A stretch of 64,000 bases of DNA from Bacteroidaceae bacterium (lineage in GTDB: Bacteria; Bacteroidota; Bacteroidia; Bacteroidales; Bacteroidaceae), in NCBI GenBank assembly GCA_017548075.1, contig JAFYNL010000034.1, positions 24,191 through 88,190 of the forward strand, in the 5' to 3' direction. How positions within the stretch are numbered: position 1 is the stretch's first letter; each line of letters opens with the position of its first letter. The notes below the pieces were generated by a model. That model was given only the letters and a program-made list of their open reading frames with translations. It did no database searches and was not told the DNA's origin. Shown here one piece after another: positions 43,153 through 52,188 of this stretch. The translations under genes were made by a program, and so were the position numbers.

Positions 43153-46100
43153 TCTTCTCTATCCAGTTTTTTGCATTGACGAAAGCCTCTATCCAAGGCG
43201 TGATTTGGTCTTCTTGCTTGCGTTCTGCAGGATAGTAACCGCACTGCCAAGGGAAGAAAGCACGCTCGAGGTGAGGCATCATAGCTAAGTGTCTTCCGTC
43301 TGCCGAACAGATGCCTGCGGCAGAGAAATCGCTGCCATTCGGATTGGCAGGATAGCCGTCGTAGCTATATTTGAGCACGATATTATAGTCATCTTCCTTG
43401 CCGGGAAGGCTGAATTTACCTTCGCCATGAGCCACCCAAATGCCTAATCTACTTCCGCTAAGGCTGCCCATCAGAACACTTTGATTCGTCTGAACGGTAA
43501 GGCCGACAAAGTTCGACTCGAACTTATGGCTGTCGTTATGGAGCATCTTTGCTTTCGACTTACCAACCAAACCCAGCTCAACCATAAGTTGGCATCCGTT
43601 GCAGACGCCAAGAGAAAGTGTGTCCTTGCGAGCATAGAAACGATCGAGGGCTTCCTTTGCCTTGGGATTGTAGAGGAAAGCGCCTGCCCAACCCTTTGCA
43701 GAGCCGAGCACATCGCTATTCGAGAAACCGCCGCAGAAGACGATGAAGTTGATGTCGTCGAGTGTTTCGCGACCTGAAATGAGGTCTGTCATCATGACAT
43801 CCTTCACATCGAAGCCTGCCAAGTAGAGCATATAGGCCATTTCCCTCTCGCCATTCGTGCCTTTCTCTCGGATGATGGCTGCTCGAACTCCACTCTTCTT
43901 TCTACGGTCTGGATTGAGACCATACTGGCTGAGTTTGCCTGTGAAGTTTGGCAGGAAGTTCCATTCAAGAGGCTGCTTGCGATAGTTCTCAAAGCGTTCC
44001 TTTGCCTTTCCATTGAAACTTTGTTTGCGGTCGAGCAGATAACTGCTTGAATACCAAACATCGAGCAGATAATCGATACCAAACTGATATTGTGCTCCAT
44101 CCTTTTCTACGAGGATATGACGCTCTTCGCAAGGCTTACCAATATTCACATAACCAACTCCCGCATCTTCCAGAAGTTTCTTGACCTCCGTTCTGTTCTT
44201 GTCGGCGACCTGAATTACGATGCCCGGATTCTCTGCAAAGAGGAGCTTCACGAGATTATCGCACTTAATCTTATCGAGGCTTATCTCAAGTCCGCCTTCT
44301 GTGTTCGCGAAGCACATCTCCAGCAGACAAGTGATGAGACCGCCTGCCGAAATATCGTGACCGGCAAGGATAAGCCCCTTCTTTATCAGGTCTTGAACGG
44401 TATTGAAGGCATCGCGGAAGTACTCCGGATCGCGAACCGTAGGCACATCACTCCCGACTTTCCCCATGCTTTGGGCAAAGGCGGAACCGCCCAAACGCAG
44501 TTGGTCGAACGAGAAATCTATATGATATAAGGTAGAGGGACACTTCTGGATGACTGGCGAAACGACCTTCTTGATGTCACTTACCTGGCCACCACTGGAA
44601 ACGATGACAGTTCCAGGAGAGATAATCTTTGTTCCATCAGGATACTTTTGCGTCATGGAGAGGCTGTCCTTGCCCGTCGGAACGTTGATTTGAAGCGCAC
44701 AACAGAAGTCACTCAACGCTTCAACTGCTTGATACAGACGTGCATCTTCGCCTTCTTGAGCACGGCAAGGCCACATCCAGTTCGCGCTGAGACTGACGCT
44801 ATCAAGTCCTTCCTCGAGCGGAGCCCAAAGGATATTCGTCAGAGATTCTGCGACAGAGAGGACGCTTCCTGCAGCCGGATCGGCCAAAGCGGCTTGTGGA
44901 GCATGACCGAGAGCTGTGGCAATACCTTTTTCGCCACGATAGTCGAGGGCAACCACGCCACAGTCACTCAAAGGCAACTGCAGTTCGCCCTGACATTGTT
45001 GGCGAGCCACTTTGCCCGTCACAGAACGGTCCACCTTGTTGGTCAGCCAGTCCTTGCAAGCAACCGCCTCAAGTTGAAGAACTCGAGCGACCTTTTCGCT
45101 GAGGTCCTTTTCGTCATAAGAAACATTCTCATAAGGACGCTCCACCGTCTTATCTCGCATGATGGTCTTGGGCGAATGACCAAACATCTGAGCCACATCG
45201 AGGTCGAACGGACGCTTCCCATCCCCTTGTTGGAAGGCAAAATGGGCATCGCCAGTCGTTTCTCCAACCACATAAAGCGGGGCTCTTTCCCTTTCAGCAA
45301 TCTTACGAACATGCTCTATATGCTTTTCGTCGATGAGGAGTCCCATGCGTTCCTGGCTTTCGTTGGCAATGATTTCCTTAGCCGAAAGGGTCGGGTCACC
45401 AATAGGAAGCTTCGTCATATCAATGAGTCCACCGCACTCTTCCACAAGTTCGGAGAGGCAGTTCACGTGGCCTGCGCTTCCATGATCGTGGATGCTGACG
45501 ACAGGATTCACTTCCTCTTCGCACAAAGCACGCACCAGATTGTTGGCTCGCTTCTGCATTTCGGGGTTTGCACGCTGAACCGCATTAAGTTCGATGCCAC
45601 TTGAATAGCGACCAGTCTCCACGCTGGAAACGCTGCCGCCACCAAGTCCGATGCGATAGTTATCGCCGCCTACGACCACAATCTTATTGCCTTTCTGAGG
45701 CTCTTTCTTCAAACAATCGCGCTTCGTTCCATAGCCTACGCCACCAGCCAACATGATGACTTTGTCGTAAGCATATTGCTCCTTGCCTTCCTGATGCTCG
45801 AAAGTAAGGACAGAACCGCAGATGAGAGGCTGCCCGAACTTGTTTCCGAAGTCCGAAGCACCATTCGAAGCTTTGATGAGAATCTGCTCAGGAGTCTGGT
45901 AGAGCCACTTTCTGACGGGCAGAATCTGCTCCCATTCGCGCTCCTCCTCCGTTCTTGGATAGCTCGTCATATAAACCGCAGTTCCAGCGATGGGCCATGA
46001 ACCTACGCCGCCTCCCATTCTGTCGCGAATCTCGCCACCAGTTCCTGTGGAAGCTCCGTTAAAGGGTTCGACCGTTGTCGGGAAGTTGTGAGTCTCGGCT

Positions 46101-46837
46101 TTCAGGCTGATAACACTCTCTATATCACGCACTTCGAAGTAATCACTCGTGCTGTGGTCCTTCGGAGCAAACTGTTCGACGACTGGTCCTTCTGCAAACG
46201 CAACATTATCTTTATAGGCAGAAATGATGTGATGGGGATTCTCCTGAGTCGTTTTCTTTATCATCTGGAAGAGGGACGACTCTTTCTCCTCGCCATCGAT
46301 GATAAAGGTTCCACCAAAAATCTTGTGCCGGCAGTGTTCACTATTGATTTGAGCGAAGCCAAAGACCTCACTATCAGTGAGTTTCCTGCCGAGTTGACCT
46401 TCCACTTGATGCAAGTATTCTATCTCTTCAGGGGACAGAGCAAGACCTTCCTGCTCGTTATATTCCTCAAGATTCTCGATGCTGAGGATGGGCTCAGGCT
46501 GTTTGTTGACGGTGAAAATCTCCTGATTCAGACCATGATACATGCGTTGAAGCATGGGGTCGTAATCAGCATCTTCGCCACTTACTGGGAAGTATTCCTC
46601 GATTCTCGAGATGCCTTCGATGGCCATATTCTGCGTGATTTCCACCGCATTCGTACTCCAAGGAGAAATCATCTCCCTGCGAGGACCAACGAAATAGCCC
46701 GTCAAATTCTGTTCCTTTTCTGTGCTCGCCTCGCCATAAAGCCAGCAGAGTTTATCGATTTCTGCAGCAGAGAGAGGACGCTTACTCTCAGTCGCAATGA
46801 TGCTCTGCTGCGGTGTTTTGAAGAAAGTTATCATCAT
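43145..46837 (-). CDS. purL: Phosphoribosylformylglycinamidine synthase (single-chain large PurL)
   Basis: 1230 aa. ETHNFPT, ANESQERM, and a C-terminal GATase with GVCNGCQ and HGEG motifs. Confidence 0.95.
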   Translation of the reverse strand: MMITFFKTPQQSIIATESKRPLSAAEIDKLCWLYGEASTEKEQNLTGYFVGPRREMISPWSTNAVEITQNMAIEGISRIEEYFPVSGEDADYDPMLQRMYHGLNQEIFTVNKQPEPILSIENLEEYNEQEGLALSPEEIEYLHQVEGQLGRKLTDSEVFGFAQINSEHCRHKIFGGTFIIDGEEKESSLFQMIKKTTQENPHHIISAYKDNVAFAEGPVVEQFAPKDHSTSDYFEVRDIESVISLKAETHNFPTTVEPFNGASTGTGGEIRDRMGGGVGSWPIAGTAVYMTSYPRTEEEREWEQILPVRKWLYQTPEQILIKASNGASDFGNKFGQPLICGSVLTFEHQEGKEQYAYDKVIMLAGGVGYGTKRDCLKKEPQKGNKIVVVGGDNYRIGLGGGSVSSVETGRYSSGIELNAVQRANPEMQKRANNLVRALCEEEVNPVVSIHDHGSAGHVNCLSELVEECGGLIDMTKLPIGDPTLSAKEIIANESQERMGLLIDEKHIEHVRKIAERERAPLYVVGETTGDAHFAFQQGDGKRPFDLDVAQMFGHSPKTIMRDKTVERPYENVSYDEKDLSEKVARVLQLEAVACKDWLTNKVDRSVTGKVARQQCQGELQLPLSDCGVVALDYRGEKGIATALGHAPQAALADPAAGSVLSVAESLTNILWAPLEEGLDSVSLSANWMWPCRAQEGEDARLYQAVEALSDFCCALQINVPTGKDSLSMTQKYPDGTKIISPGTVIVSSGGQVSDIKKVVSPVIQKCPSTLYHIDFSFDQLRLGGSAFAQSMGKVGSDVPTVRDPEYFRDAFNTVQDLIKKGLILAGHDISAGGLITCLLEMCFANTEGGLEISLDKIKCDNLVKLLFAENPGIVIQVADKNRTEVKKLLEDAGVGYVNIGKPCEERHILVEKDGAQYQFGIDYLLDVWYSSSYLLDRKQSFNGKAKERFENYRKQPLEWNFLPNFTGKLSQYGLNPDRRKKSGVRAAIIREKGTNGEREMAYMLYLAGFDVKDVMMTDLISGRETLDDINFIVFCGGFSNSDVLGSAKGWAGAFLYNPKAKEALDRFYARKDTLSLGVCNGCQLMVELGLVGKSKAKMLHNDSHKFESNFVGLTVQTNQSVLMGSLSGSRLGIWVAHGEGKFSLPGKEDDYNIVLKYSYDGYPANPNGSDFSAAGICSADGRHLAMMPHLERAFFPWQCGYYPAERKQEDQITPWIEAFVNAKNWIEKNV

Positions 46838-46864
46838 TCCTTTACTTATTTATTCTTTCGCGTG

Positions 46865-46872
46865 CAAAGATA
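46865..46872 (-). promoter_or_regulatory. -7 promoter box (tatctttg on the minus strand) for purL
   Basis: 27 nt upstream of the ATG at 46837. Confidence 0.5.
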
Positions 46873-47000
46873 CAACAATTTCCTGAGAAATCCTTCCTGT
46901 TGACTCTTAATTTTTCCTATTATTTTGAAATACTTTTTGTGCTCGATAAGAAAAGGAGAAAAATCTCAGCTTTTCTCTTTGTATTGTCTTCGCTTATTCG

Positions 47001-47008
47001 TATCTTTG
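47001..47008 (+). promoter_or_regulatory. -7 promoter box (tatctttg)
   Basis: 53 nt upstream of the ATG at 47062. Confidence 0.5.
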
Positions 47009-47061
47009 CAGCCGCAAAACAGGATAACAAGTTGCAAAAACCATCTTTCGCAAACTCTATC

Positions 47062-47958
47062 ATGCACAAACAACTTATATATCACCTCGTTGCATTTCTG
47101 GTCGTAGCCATTTGGGGCTCGACGTTTGTCTGCACAAAACTGCTGCTTTTGGCTGGACTCTCGCCTGCTCAGATCTTTACTCTGCGTTTCATTATCGCTT
47201 ATGTTGCCCTTCTTGGAATTGCAGCCTTCCAAAGGCCTTTCCGATGGTTCGCGAAGAGTCTTAAGGACGAATTGATTATGCTGGGACTTGGACTGACTGG
47301 AGGCTCGCTTTACTTCCTGACAGAGAATGCCGCCATGAACTACACAACCACCACCAATACGGCTCTCATTGTCTGTCTCTGTCCTTTGTTTGCGGCTTTG
47401 CTGATTTCTCTGTTCTATCGCGACCAAAGATTGCGAGGCATACAAATAGTCGGAAGTCTTTTGGCGGCAGTTGGAGTCATCATAGTCGAACTGAATGGTC
47501 ATTTTGTGCTCCACCTCTCTCCTACTGGCGACGCACTCGCCTTTGCCGCTTGTCTTTGCTGGGCTGGGTACAGTCTGCTCATGATTCCTGCTTGCAAACG
47601 CTACGACACTCTTTTCATTACCCGCAAACTCTTTTTCTATGGGCTTGTCACGATGATTCCCTACTTCTGCTTCTATCCTGAATGGCCACCACTCGAAACG
47701 CTTTTGGAGCCTCAGACGATAGTGGAGTTGCTCTTCCTTGGAGCCATCGCTTCCACGCTTTGTTACTACCTTTGGGGTTGGGTGATTCGAAATCTGGGAG
47801 CAATCATAGCCACGAACTACGTTTACTTCAATCCTGTAGTCGCCATTTTGTGTGCTTGGATTGTGTTGAGCGAACACATCACAATCTGGTTCCTGTTGGG
47901 AACTGCGCTCATTCTTGTAGGGATGTTTTTTGCAGACAAAAAGAAACGACTGCAGTGA
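47062..47958 (+). CDS. EamA/DMT-family transporter
   Basis: About 298 aa from MHKQLIYHLVAFLVVAIWGSTFV, with 10 predicted TM segments in two EamA repeats. The ORF-track start at 46900 lies upstream of the promoter box and was rejected. Confidence 0.8.
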   Translation: MHKQLIYHLVAFLVVAIWGSTFVCTKLLLLAGLSPAQIFTLRFIIAYVALLGIAAFQRPFRWFAKSLKDELIMLGLGLTGGSLYFLTENAAMNYTTTTNTALIVCLCPLFAALLISLFYRDQRLRGIQIVGSLLAAVGVIIVELNGHFVLHLSPTGDALAFAACLCWAGYSLLMIPACKRYDTLFITRKLFFYGLVTMIPYFCFYPEWPPLETLLEPQTIVELLFLGAIASTLCYYLWGWVIRNLGAIIATNYVYFNPVVAILCAWIVLSEHITIWFLLGTALILVGMFFADKKKRLQ

Positions 47959-47963
47959 CGTTT

Positions 47964-48071
47964 CCAAACAACTGCAGTTACGATGGCAAACATAACACGT
48001 TAACTTTGCAAACGTAACACGTTAAGATTGGCAACGTAACACGCTACGTTTGCAATCGTAACTGGGGTCAT
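47964..48071. repeat. Array of ~5 tandem 22-bp units (forward) starting 6 nt after the stop
   Basis: ccaaacaactgcagttacgatg / gcaaacataacacgttaacttt / gcaaacgtaacacgttaagattg / gcaacgtaacacgctacgttt / gcaatcgtaactggggtcat. Confidence 0.9.
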
Positions 48072-48084
48072 ATTAAAAGCATCC

Positions 48085-48381
48085 TCAGTCTTTGCCCACT
48101 TCAAGGTAGCTCTTCAAAGCCTGAACATACGCCTCGAAAGCCTTTTGCCCCTTTGAAGTGATGCGACAAATCGTGCAAGGACGCTTGCCCTTGAACGTCT
48201 TCTTGACCTTGATGTAACCCGCTGCCGACAATTTATCGATTTGAACGCTCAGGTTGCCTGCAGTCGCTCCAGTCTGTTCCTTGATATAAGGGAACTCGGC
48301 TTCCGAGTTGCTGATGAGCAAAGACATTACTGCGAGTCGCAACTCAGCGTGCAATAACGTGTCTAATGGCTGATAAATCAT
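48085..48381 (-). CDS. Winged-helix transcriptional regulator (ArsR/MarR-like, HTH_34 type)
   Basis: 98 aa. LRLAVMSLL...TGATAGNLSVQIDKLSAAGYI wHTH pattern. Confidence 0.7.
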   Translation of the reverse strand: MIYQPLDTLLHAELRLAVMSLLISNSEAEFPYIKEQTGATAGNLSVQIDKLSAAGYIKVKKTFKGKRPCTICRITSKGQKAFEAYVQALKSYLEVGKD

Positions 48382-48382
48382 G

Positions 48383-49078
48383 CTATTTCGATTTTTTAAG
48401 CATCCAACCAGGAATCGTCAAACCAATCAGGGCAAAGAGGAAGATGTACTCGCAAGGCGTAATCATAGACAACTTGACAAATGTCGGCATTGGGAAGAAA
48501 CCCAAAATTATCCTTGCTATGAGGCCGGTTTTATAGAGGATAAAGATAAGTAATCCGCCAAGTGTGCCGAACCAAACCAACTTCCGCTTCTTTAGGATGT
48601 GGCCCGTTATGCTTACCCCAACGGACAACAACAAGATGAGAAAGGACGTTACATGCATACTGCATTGGCTATAGACTTCAGGGCCGTAGTAACAAGCAAT
48701 TACTTTATTCCATACGGCAGCAAAGATGGTATAGACGATAGCGAAGGTGAAGATTGTGTACCAAGTCTTCCTGACCAGCGTTCCCACCAAGCTTTCAGGT
48801 ACGTGTGCGCGTCCTCTATTAATAAATTTCATTACCACCCAGATGACAAGAGGCAGGGCAAACCATAAAAGATGCCCCCAATAACCAGGGAACAATCCAC
48901 CTTTATAGACAGTAAAGTAATTGAGAAGTGCCCCAACTACAGCCATTCCCATCGTGATAAGACCAGAGACAAAGAGCCATTGTCCCGTGTCCTTCGATAC
49001 TGCTTGACGGCTCTTCTCAATCTGTTCGGTAATAATCTCAAGGCTGCGCTCCGCAGTCAAGTTCGTGTTTTCTTCCAT
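48383..49078 (-). CDS. Hypothetical polytopic membrane protein (co-operonic with the wHTH regulator)
   Basis: 231 aa with about 6 TM helices. Its stop is 1 nt before the regulator start. Confidence 0.6.
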   Translation of the reverse strand: MEENTNLTAERSLEIITEQIEKSRQAVSKDTGQWLFVSGLITMGMAVVGALLNYFTVYKGGLFPGYWGHLLWFALPLVIWVVMKFINRGRAHVPESLVGTLVRKTWYTIFTFAIVYTIFAAVWNKVIACYYGPEVYSQCSMHVTSFLILLLSVGVSITGHILKKRKLVWFGTLGGLLIFILYKTGLIARIILGFFPMPTFVKLSMITPCEYIFLFALIGLTIPGWMLKKSK

Positions 49079-49184
49079 AATGTTAGTTCCTTTAGCGTTT
49101 TTAATCAGTCATTTCAATAGGATTCGTCTTATCTTACCTCCTGCAGAAAGGCTTCACGAAACGTTTTCCTATTGTTTACGAATG

Positions 49185-49192
49185 CAAAGGTA
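49185..49192 (-). promoter_or_regulatory. -7 promoter box (tacctttg on the minus strand)
   Basis: About 106 nt upstream of the ATG at 49078. Confidence 0.35.
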
Positions 49193-49307
49193 AATTAGTT
49201 TATGATATAAACCAAATCTTTTTATAACATTTTTCACAAAATCACTTAATTTAACATTTAGAAGCACGAAAAGCGGCATTTTATTTTGGATTTCTCGTCT
49301 TTTTTCG

Positions 49308-49315
49308 TAACTTTG
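49308..49315 (+). promoter_or_regulatory. -7 promoter box (taactttg)
   Basis: 83 nt upstream of the ATG at 49399. Confidence 0.4.
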
Positions 49316-49398
49316 CAGACCATCTTGCCGCACTATGGCAGATAATCGACTGGAAAGTTAACGAGAAAAGGTATAATTAAGGCTTTTAAAAGGACAAT

Positions 49399-49914
49399 AT
49401 GGAAGAATTGCGAATCCATCAGTCGCCTTGGAGGGTGCTTCTCCTAACATTATGTAGCATCCTAATGATTGCTGCAAGCGTTTTCCTCATGCATTTTCAT
49501 AGGAATATGTTTGAACTGTTTGCGGGTTGGATTGGCATTTTGTTCTTTGGCTTATGCTGTCTTGCGTGGTTGTATTCGATACTCAAAGAGTGGCTGATGC
49601 ACAGGCCTTTCCTGACGATTAAAGACGATTGCCTCATCTGCCAAGCACCAAGGAAAATGGTCGTTAACTTCGCCGATGTGGAATCTTTCTCTGTCGGAAA
49701 AGTTCACGACTCAGCATTCATAGTCATTCACTACAAGCCGAATGTGGAGCGACAAAAGATGGAGAACGCCAGCATCTTTGGCTATCTTTTCCGTTCCATG
49801 AACAAGCAACTCATAAATGCTCATGACTCGATCACCACCACAGGATTGAGTATGAAGGCCGAAGACTTGTGCAATTTGCTGAACAAACGCTTAAAGCAAG
49901 CCAATATTAGATGA
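49399..49914 (+). CDS. Hypothetical membrane protein (two N-terminal TM helices plus a small soluble domain)
   Basis: 171 aa ORF with no confident family. Confidence 0.5.
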   Translation: MEELRIHQSPWRVLLLTLCSILMIAASVFLMHFHRNMFELFAGWIGILFFGLCCLAWLYSILKEWLMHRPFLTIKDDCLICQAPRKMVVNFADVESFSVGKVHDSAFIVIHYKPNVERQKMENASIFGYLFRSMNKQLINAHDSITTTGLSMKAEDLCNLLNKRLKQANIR

Positions 49915-49930
49915 CTAAAGAGTGAAAACA

Positions 49931-50221
49931 ATGAAGCAAATTGAACGAATCAGGCAGATGGAGGAGCGCTTCGAACGTGCTTCGAAAGCCATAAAGAAAC
50001 TCTCTTTCGCCCTCGACAAATACGGAAAAGTGCAGGAAGACCTTGCTGCCCTCAGCAAATACTATGGTAGCAAGACCTGGAAGAAAGACTTTAATGATGA
50101 CGAAGCAGGTCGTCTTCCAGCAGACTTGAAGCGTGGAGTACTCTCAGAAGACGGCATTTGGGACCTCCTCGAAGCCAATCGAGAAATCAAAGAGGTACTT
50201 CAGAAAATAACACAAAACTGA
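49931..50221 (+). CDS. Small coiled-coil protein (DUF4298-like)
   Basis: Starts MKQIERIRQMEERFERA. The ORF-track start is a GTG at 49922. Confidence 0.5.
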   Translation: MKQIERIRQMEERFERASKAIKKLSFALDKYGKVQEDLAALSKYYGSKTWKKDFNDDEAGRLPADLKRGVLSEDGIWDLLEANREIKEVLQKITQN

Positions 50222-50232
50222 CAACAAAACGA

Positions 50233-50553
50233 ATGGCAAGCAGTTCAGATTTCGTACAATACGTTGCAGAGCAATGCTCAGGGGCAGGAGAGATTGCCAC
50301 CAAGAAGATGTTTGGCGACTACGGCATCTATTGTGATGGGAAGATTTTCGGCCTTATCTGCGACGACAACCTTTACCTAAAGCCCACAGAAAGCGTTCGT
50401 CCCTTGCTGAGAACCCTCGATATGCGACCTCCTTATCCTGGTGCGAAAGACTATTTCTACATTGCCGATGTGGATGACCGAGATTATCTTTCGATGCTCG
50501 TCCGCAAGACTTGTGAGGCTTTACCTGAGCCCAAACCAAAGAAGAAGCGTTAG
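50233..50553 (+). CDS. TfoX/Sxy N-terminal domain protein
   Basis: MASSSDFVQYVAEQC...KKMFGDYGIYCDGKIFGLICDDNLYLK matches the TfoX_N pattern. Confidence 0.7.
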   Translation: MASSSDFVQYVAEQCSGAGEIATKKMFGDYGIYCDGKIFGLICDDNLYLKPTESVRPLLRTLDMRPPYPGAKDYFYIADVDDRDYLSMLVRKTCEALPEPKPKKKR

Positions 50554-50556
50554 CTT

Positions 50557-50889
50557 ATGAGAGATCACTTTGACAAGATGACGGCGGAAGAAGCGCGAAG
50601 GTTTCGCGATGATGTGCTAAACATTGTCGGCCAGATTCCTCGTGGTCGAGTGATGACTTATGGTCTCATTGCAACTTTAGCAGGTTGGCCGAGTCATGCA
50701 CGCATGGTTGGAAGGACGCTTCGCTACACTCCTGGGGCTGAACTGCTGCCTTGTCATCGCGTCGTCAATGTGGTTGGAAGAACGGCTCCTGGTTGGAAAA
50801 GGCAACGAACACTCCTTGAAGAAGAAGGCGTAACCTTCAAGCCAAATGGTCACGTCGATATGAACAGGCATTTATGGGAGCCTGAATAA
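50557..50889 (+). CDS. MGMT-family protein (O6-alkylguanine-DNA alkyltransferase DNA-binding/active-site domain only)
   Basis: 110 aa. IPRGRVMTYG and PCHRVV active-site motifs. Confidence 0.8.
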   Translation: MRDHFDKMTAEEARRFRDDVLNIVGQIPRGRVMTYGLIATLAGWPSHARMVGRTLRYTPGAELLPCHRVVNVVGRTAPGWKRQRTLLEEEGVTFKPNGHVDMNRHLWEPE

Positions 50890-50910
50890 ACTGAAGCAAG
50901 ACAAGAAACT

Positions 50911-51537
50911 CTACAAAAATGCCTCGAACATTCGCCGATAAGCCTCAACCTTTTTGTCGAAGGAAAGCGGATAGGCTCGAGACGACGAAGGCAAGCGCCA
51001 CAAGGTAAGTTGCTCTCCTTCTGCATTATAAGTATCTGGAATAGCGACTGAAGCGTTGACTTTCGGCACTTCAGGAATGCCAAGAGAGGCACAAATGGTT
51101 TCTGTGGCTTTTTCCCCAGTTGTAACTATCGCCTTACAATAAGGCAGTTGAGAGAGCAGACGAGCAATATCGGTTGGCTCCACAACCTCGAGAAACTTGT
51201 CAGAAGCATTGTCCTTCAAACGACGGACAGCAGTTGAGGTATCGAAAAAAGCGATTCCTTTCTCCTCGCAAAACTTCACAATCTCGTTCAGTTTGAAGCA
51301 TTTGGCCTCCTGATTCACAAAATAATTCTTATCGTCAAAGAAGACTTTCCCCTCAATTTTCCAGTGGTCGTTCAAAAAATTGGGGTAATAAAAGTCCATA
51401 CACCAACGCTTTCGTTGAGGAGGGAAGCTGCCGAGAAACAGAATCTTCGCATTTTCTGGCAGAAAGGGAATGAGCGGATGATACTCGATTCCACCTTTGC
51501 TTCGAGCTATGTTCTCTTTATTCAGATAGGAGTTCAT
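50911..51537 (-). CDS. Uracil-DNA glycosylase superfamily protein (possibly hypoxanthine/deoxyinosine glycosylase type)
   Basis: 208 aa. ILFLGSFPP motif followed by DFYYPNFLNDHW. Confidence 0.6.
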   Translation of the reverse strand: MNSYLNKENIARSKGGIEYHPLIPFLPENAKILFLGSFPPQRKRWCMDFYYPNFLNDHWKIEGKVFFDDKNYFVNQEAKCFKLNEIVKFCEEKGIAFFDTSTAVRRLKDNASDKFLEVVEPTDIARLLSQLPYCKAIVTTGEKATETICASLGIPEVPKVNASVAIPDTYNAEGEQLTLWRLPSSSRAYPLSFDKKVEAYRRMFEAFL

Positions 51538-51555
51538 TGTGGAAAAGTTTCGAGG

Positions 51556-52188
51556 CTAAAGCAGCAAAGTGAGAACTGCTCCCCAATGTGCGATGGCTCC
51601 AAGCAGAACAAAGATGTGCCAAATGGCGTGGAAATGAGGTTTGTCGTCGTGCGCAAAGAAGTAAGTTCCTGCAGTATAAGCAATACCTTCAGCAAGTAAG
51701 AGCCAAAGCGTTGCTGGATTCAAAGCCTTCAAGACTGGCTTGGCGATGAAGATGATGCTCCATCCCATCACCACGTAAATAGCTAGCGAGAGTCGAGGCC
51801 AGCGATTTATCGCAAAGATTTTATAGAAGATCCCGCCTATAACAACTATCCATTGAAACGCGAAGACCGTCCATCCAAGCCATCCGCCTACTACTCCGAT
51901 GAGGATAGGCGTGTAGCTGCAGGCTATCATCACATAGATGCTGATGTGGTCGCACTTGCGTAAAGCACGCTTCACCTTTCCCTCTCTCACCCAATGATAA
52001 ACGGTGCTACTGAGGAACATGAAGAACATACCAAACAGGAAGCAAATGACTCCGAACGCCATCTGCCAGCTAACATCGGCTGCGAGCCACACAAGCCAGA
52101 TGCTGCTCAAAGCAAAAACAGCTCCGCCTAAGTGCGTCCAGGTGTTGCCAAGCTCGCCTTTAATGGGCCAAAACCGCTTCGATTGCAT
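51556..52188 (-). CDS. Hemolysin III / PAQR family membrane protein
   Basis: 210 aa with 7 TM segments. NTWTH near the N-terminus and HAIWHIFVL near the C-terminus. Confidence 0.85.
   Translation of the reverse strand: MQSKRFWPIKGELGNTWTHLGGAVFALSSIWLVWLAADVSWQMAFGVICFLFGMFFMFLSSTVYHWVREGKVKRALRKCDHISIYVMIACSYTPILIGVVGGWLGWTVFAFQWIVVIGGIFYKIFAINRWPRLSLAIYVVMGWSIIFIAKPVLKALNPATLWLLLAEGIAYTAGTYFFAHDDKPHFHAIWHIFVLLGAIAHWGAVLTLLL

Noticed and set aside
46900-47061. N-terminal extension of the EamA transporter ORF (start at 46900). Similar extensions occur at 15107 (acyltransferase), 15939 (KS), 17621 (ACP), 19850 (DMT), 35709 (trpC), 50158 (TfoX) and 54712 (helicase).
   Set aside because: The extensions overlap upstream genes or promoter boxes and translate to non-conserved, odd sequence. 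Internal ATGs give canonical N-termini and typical 1-8 nt operon overlaps.
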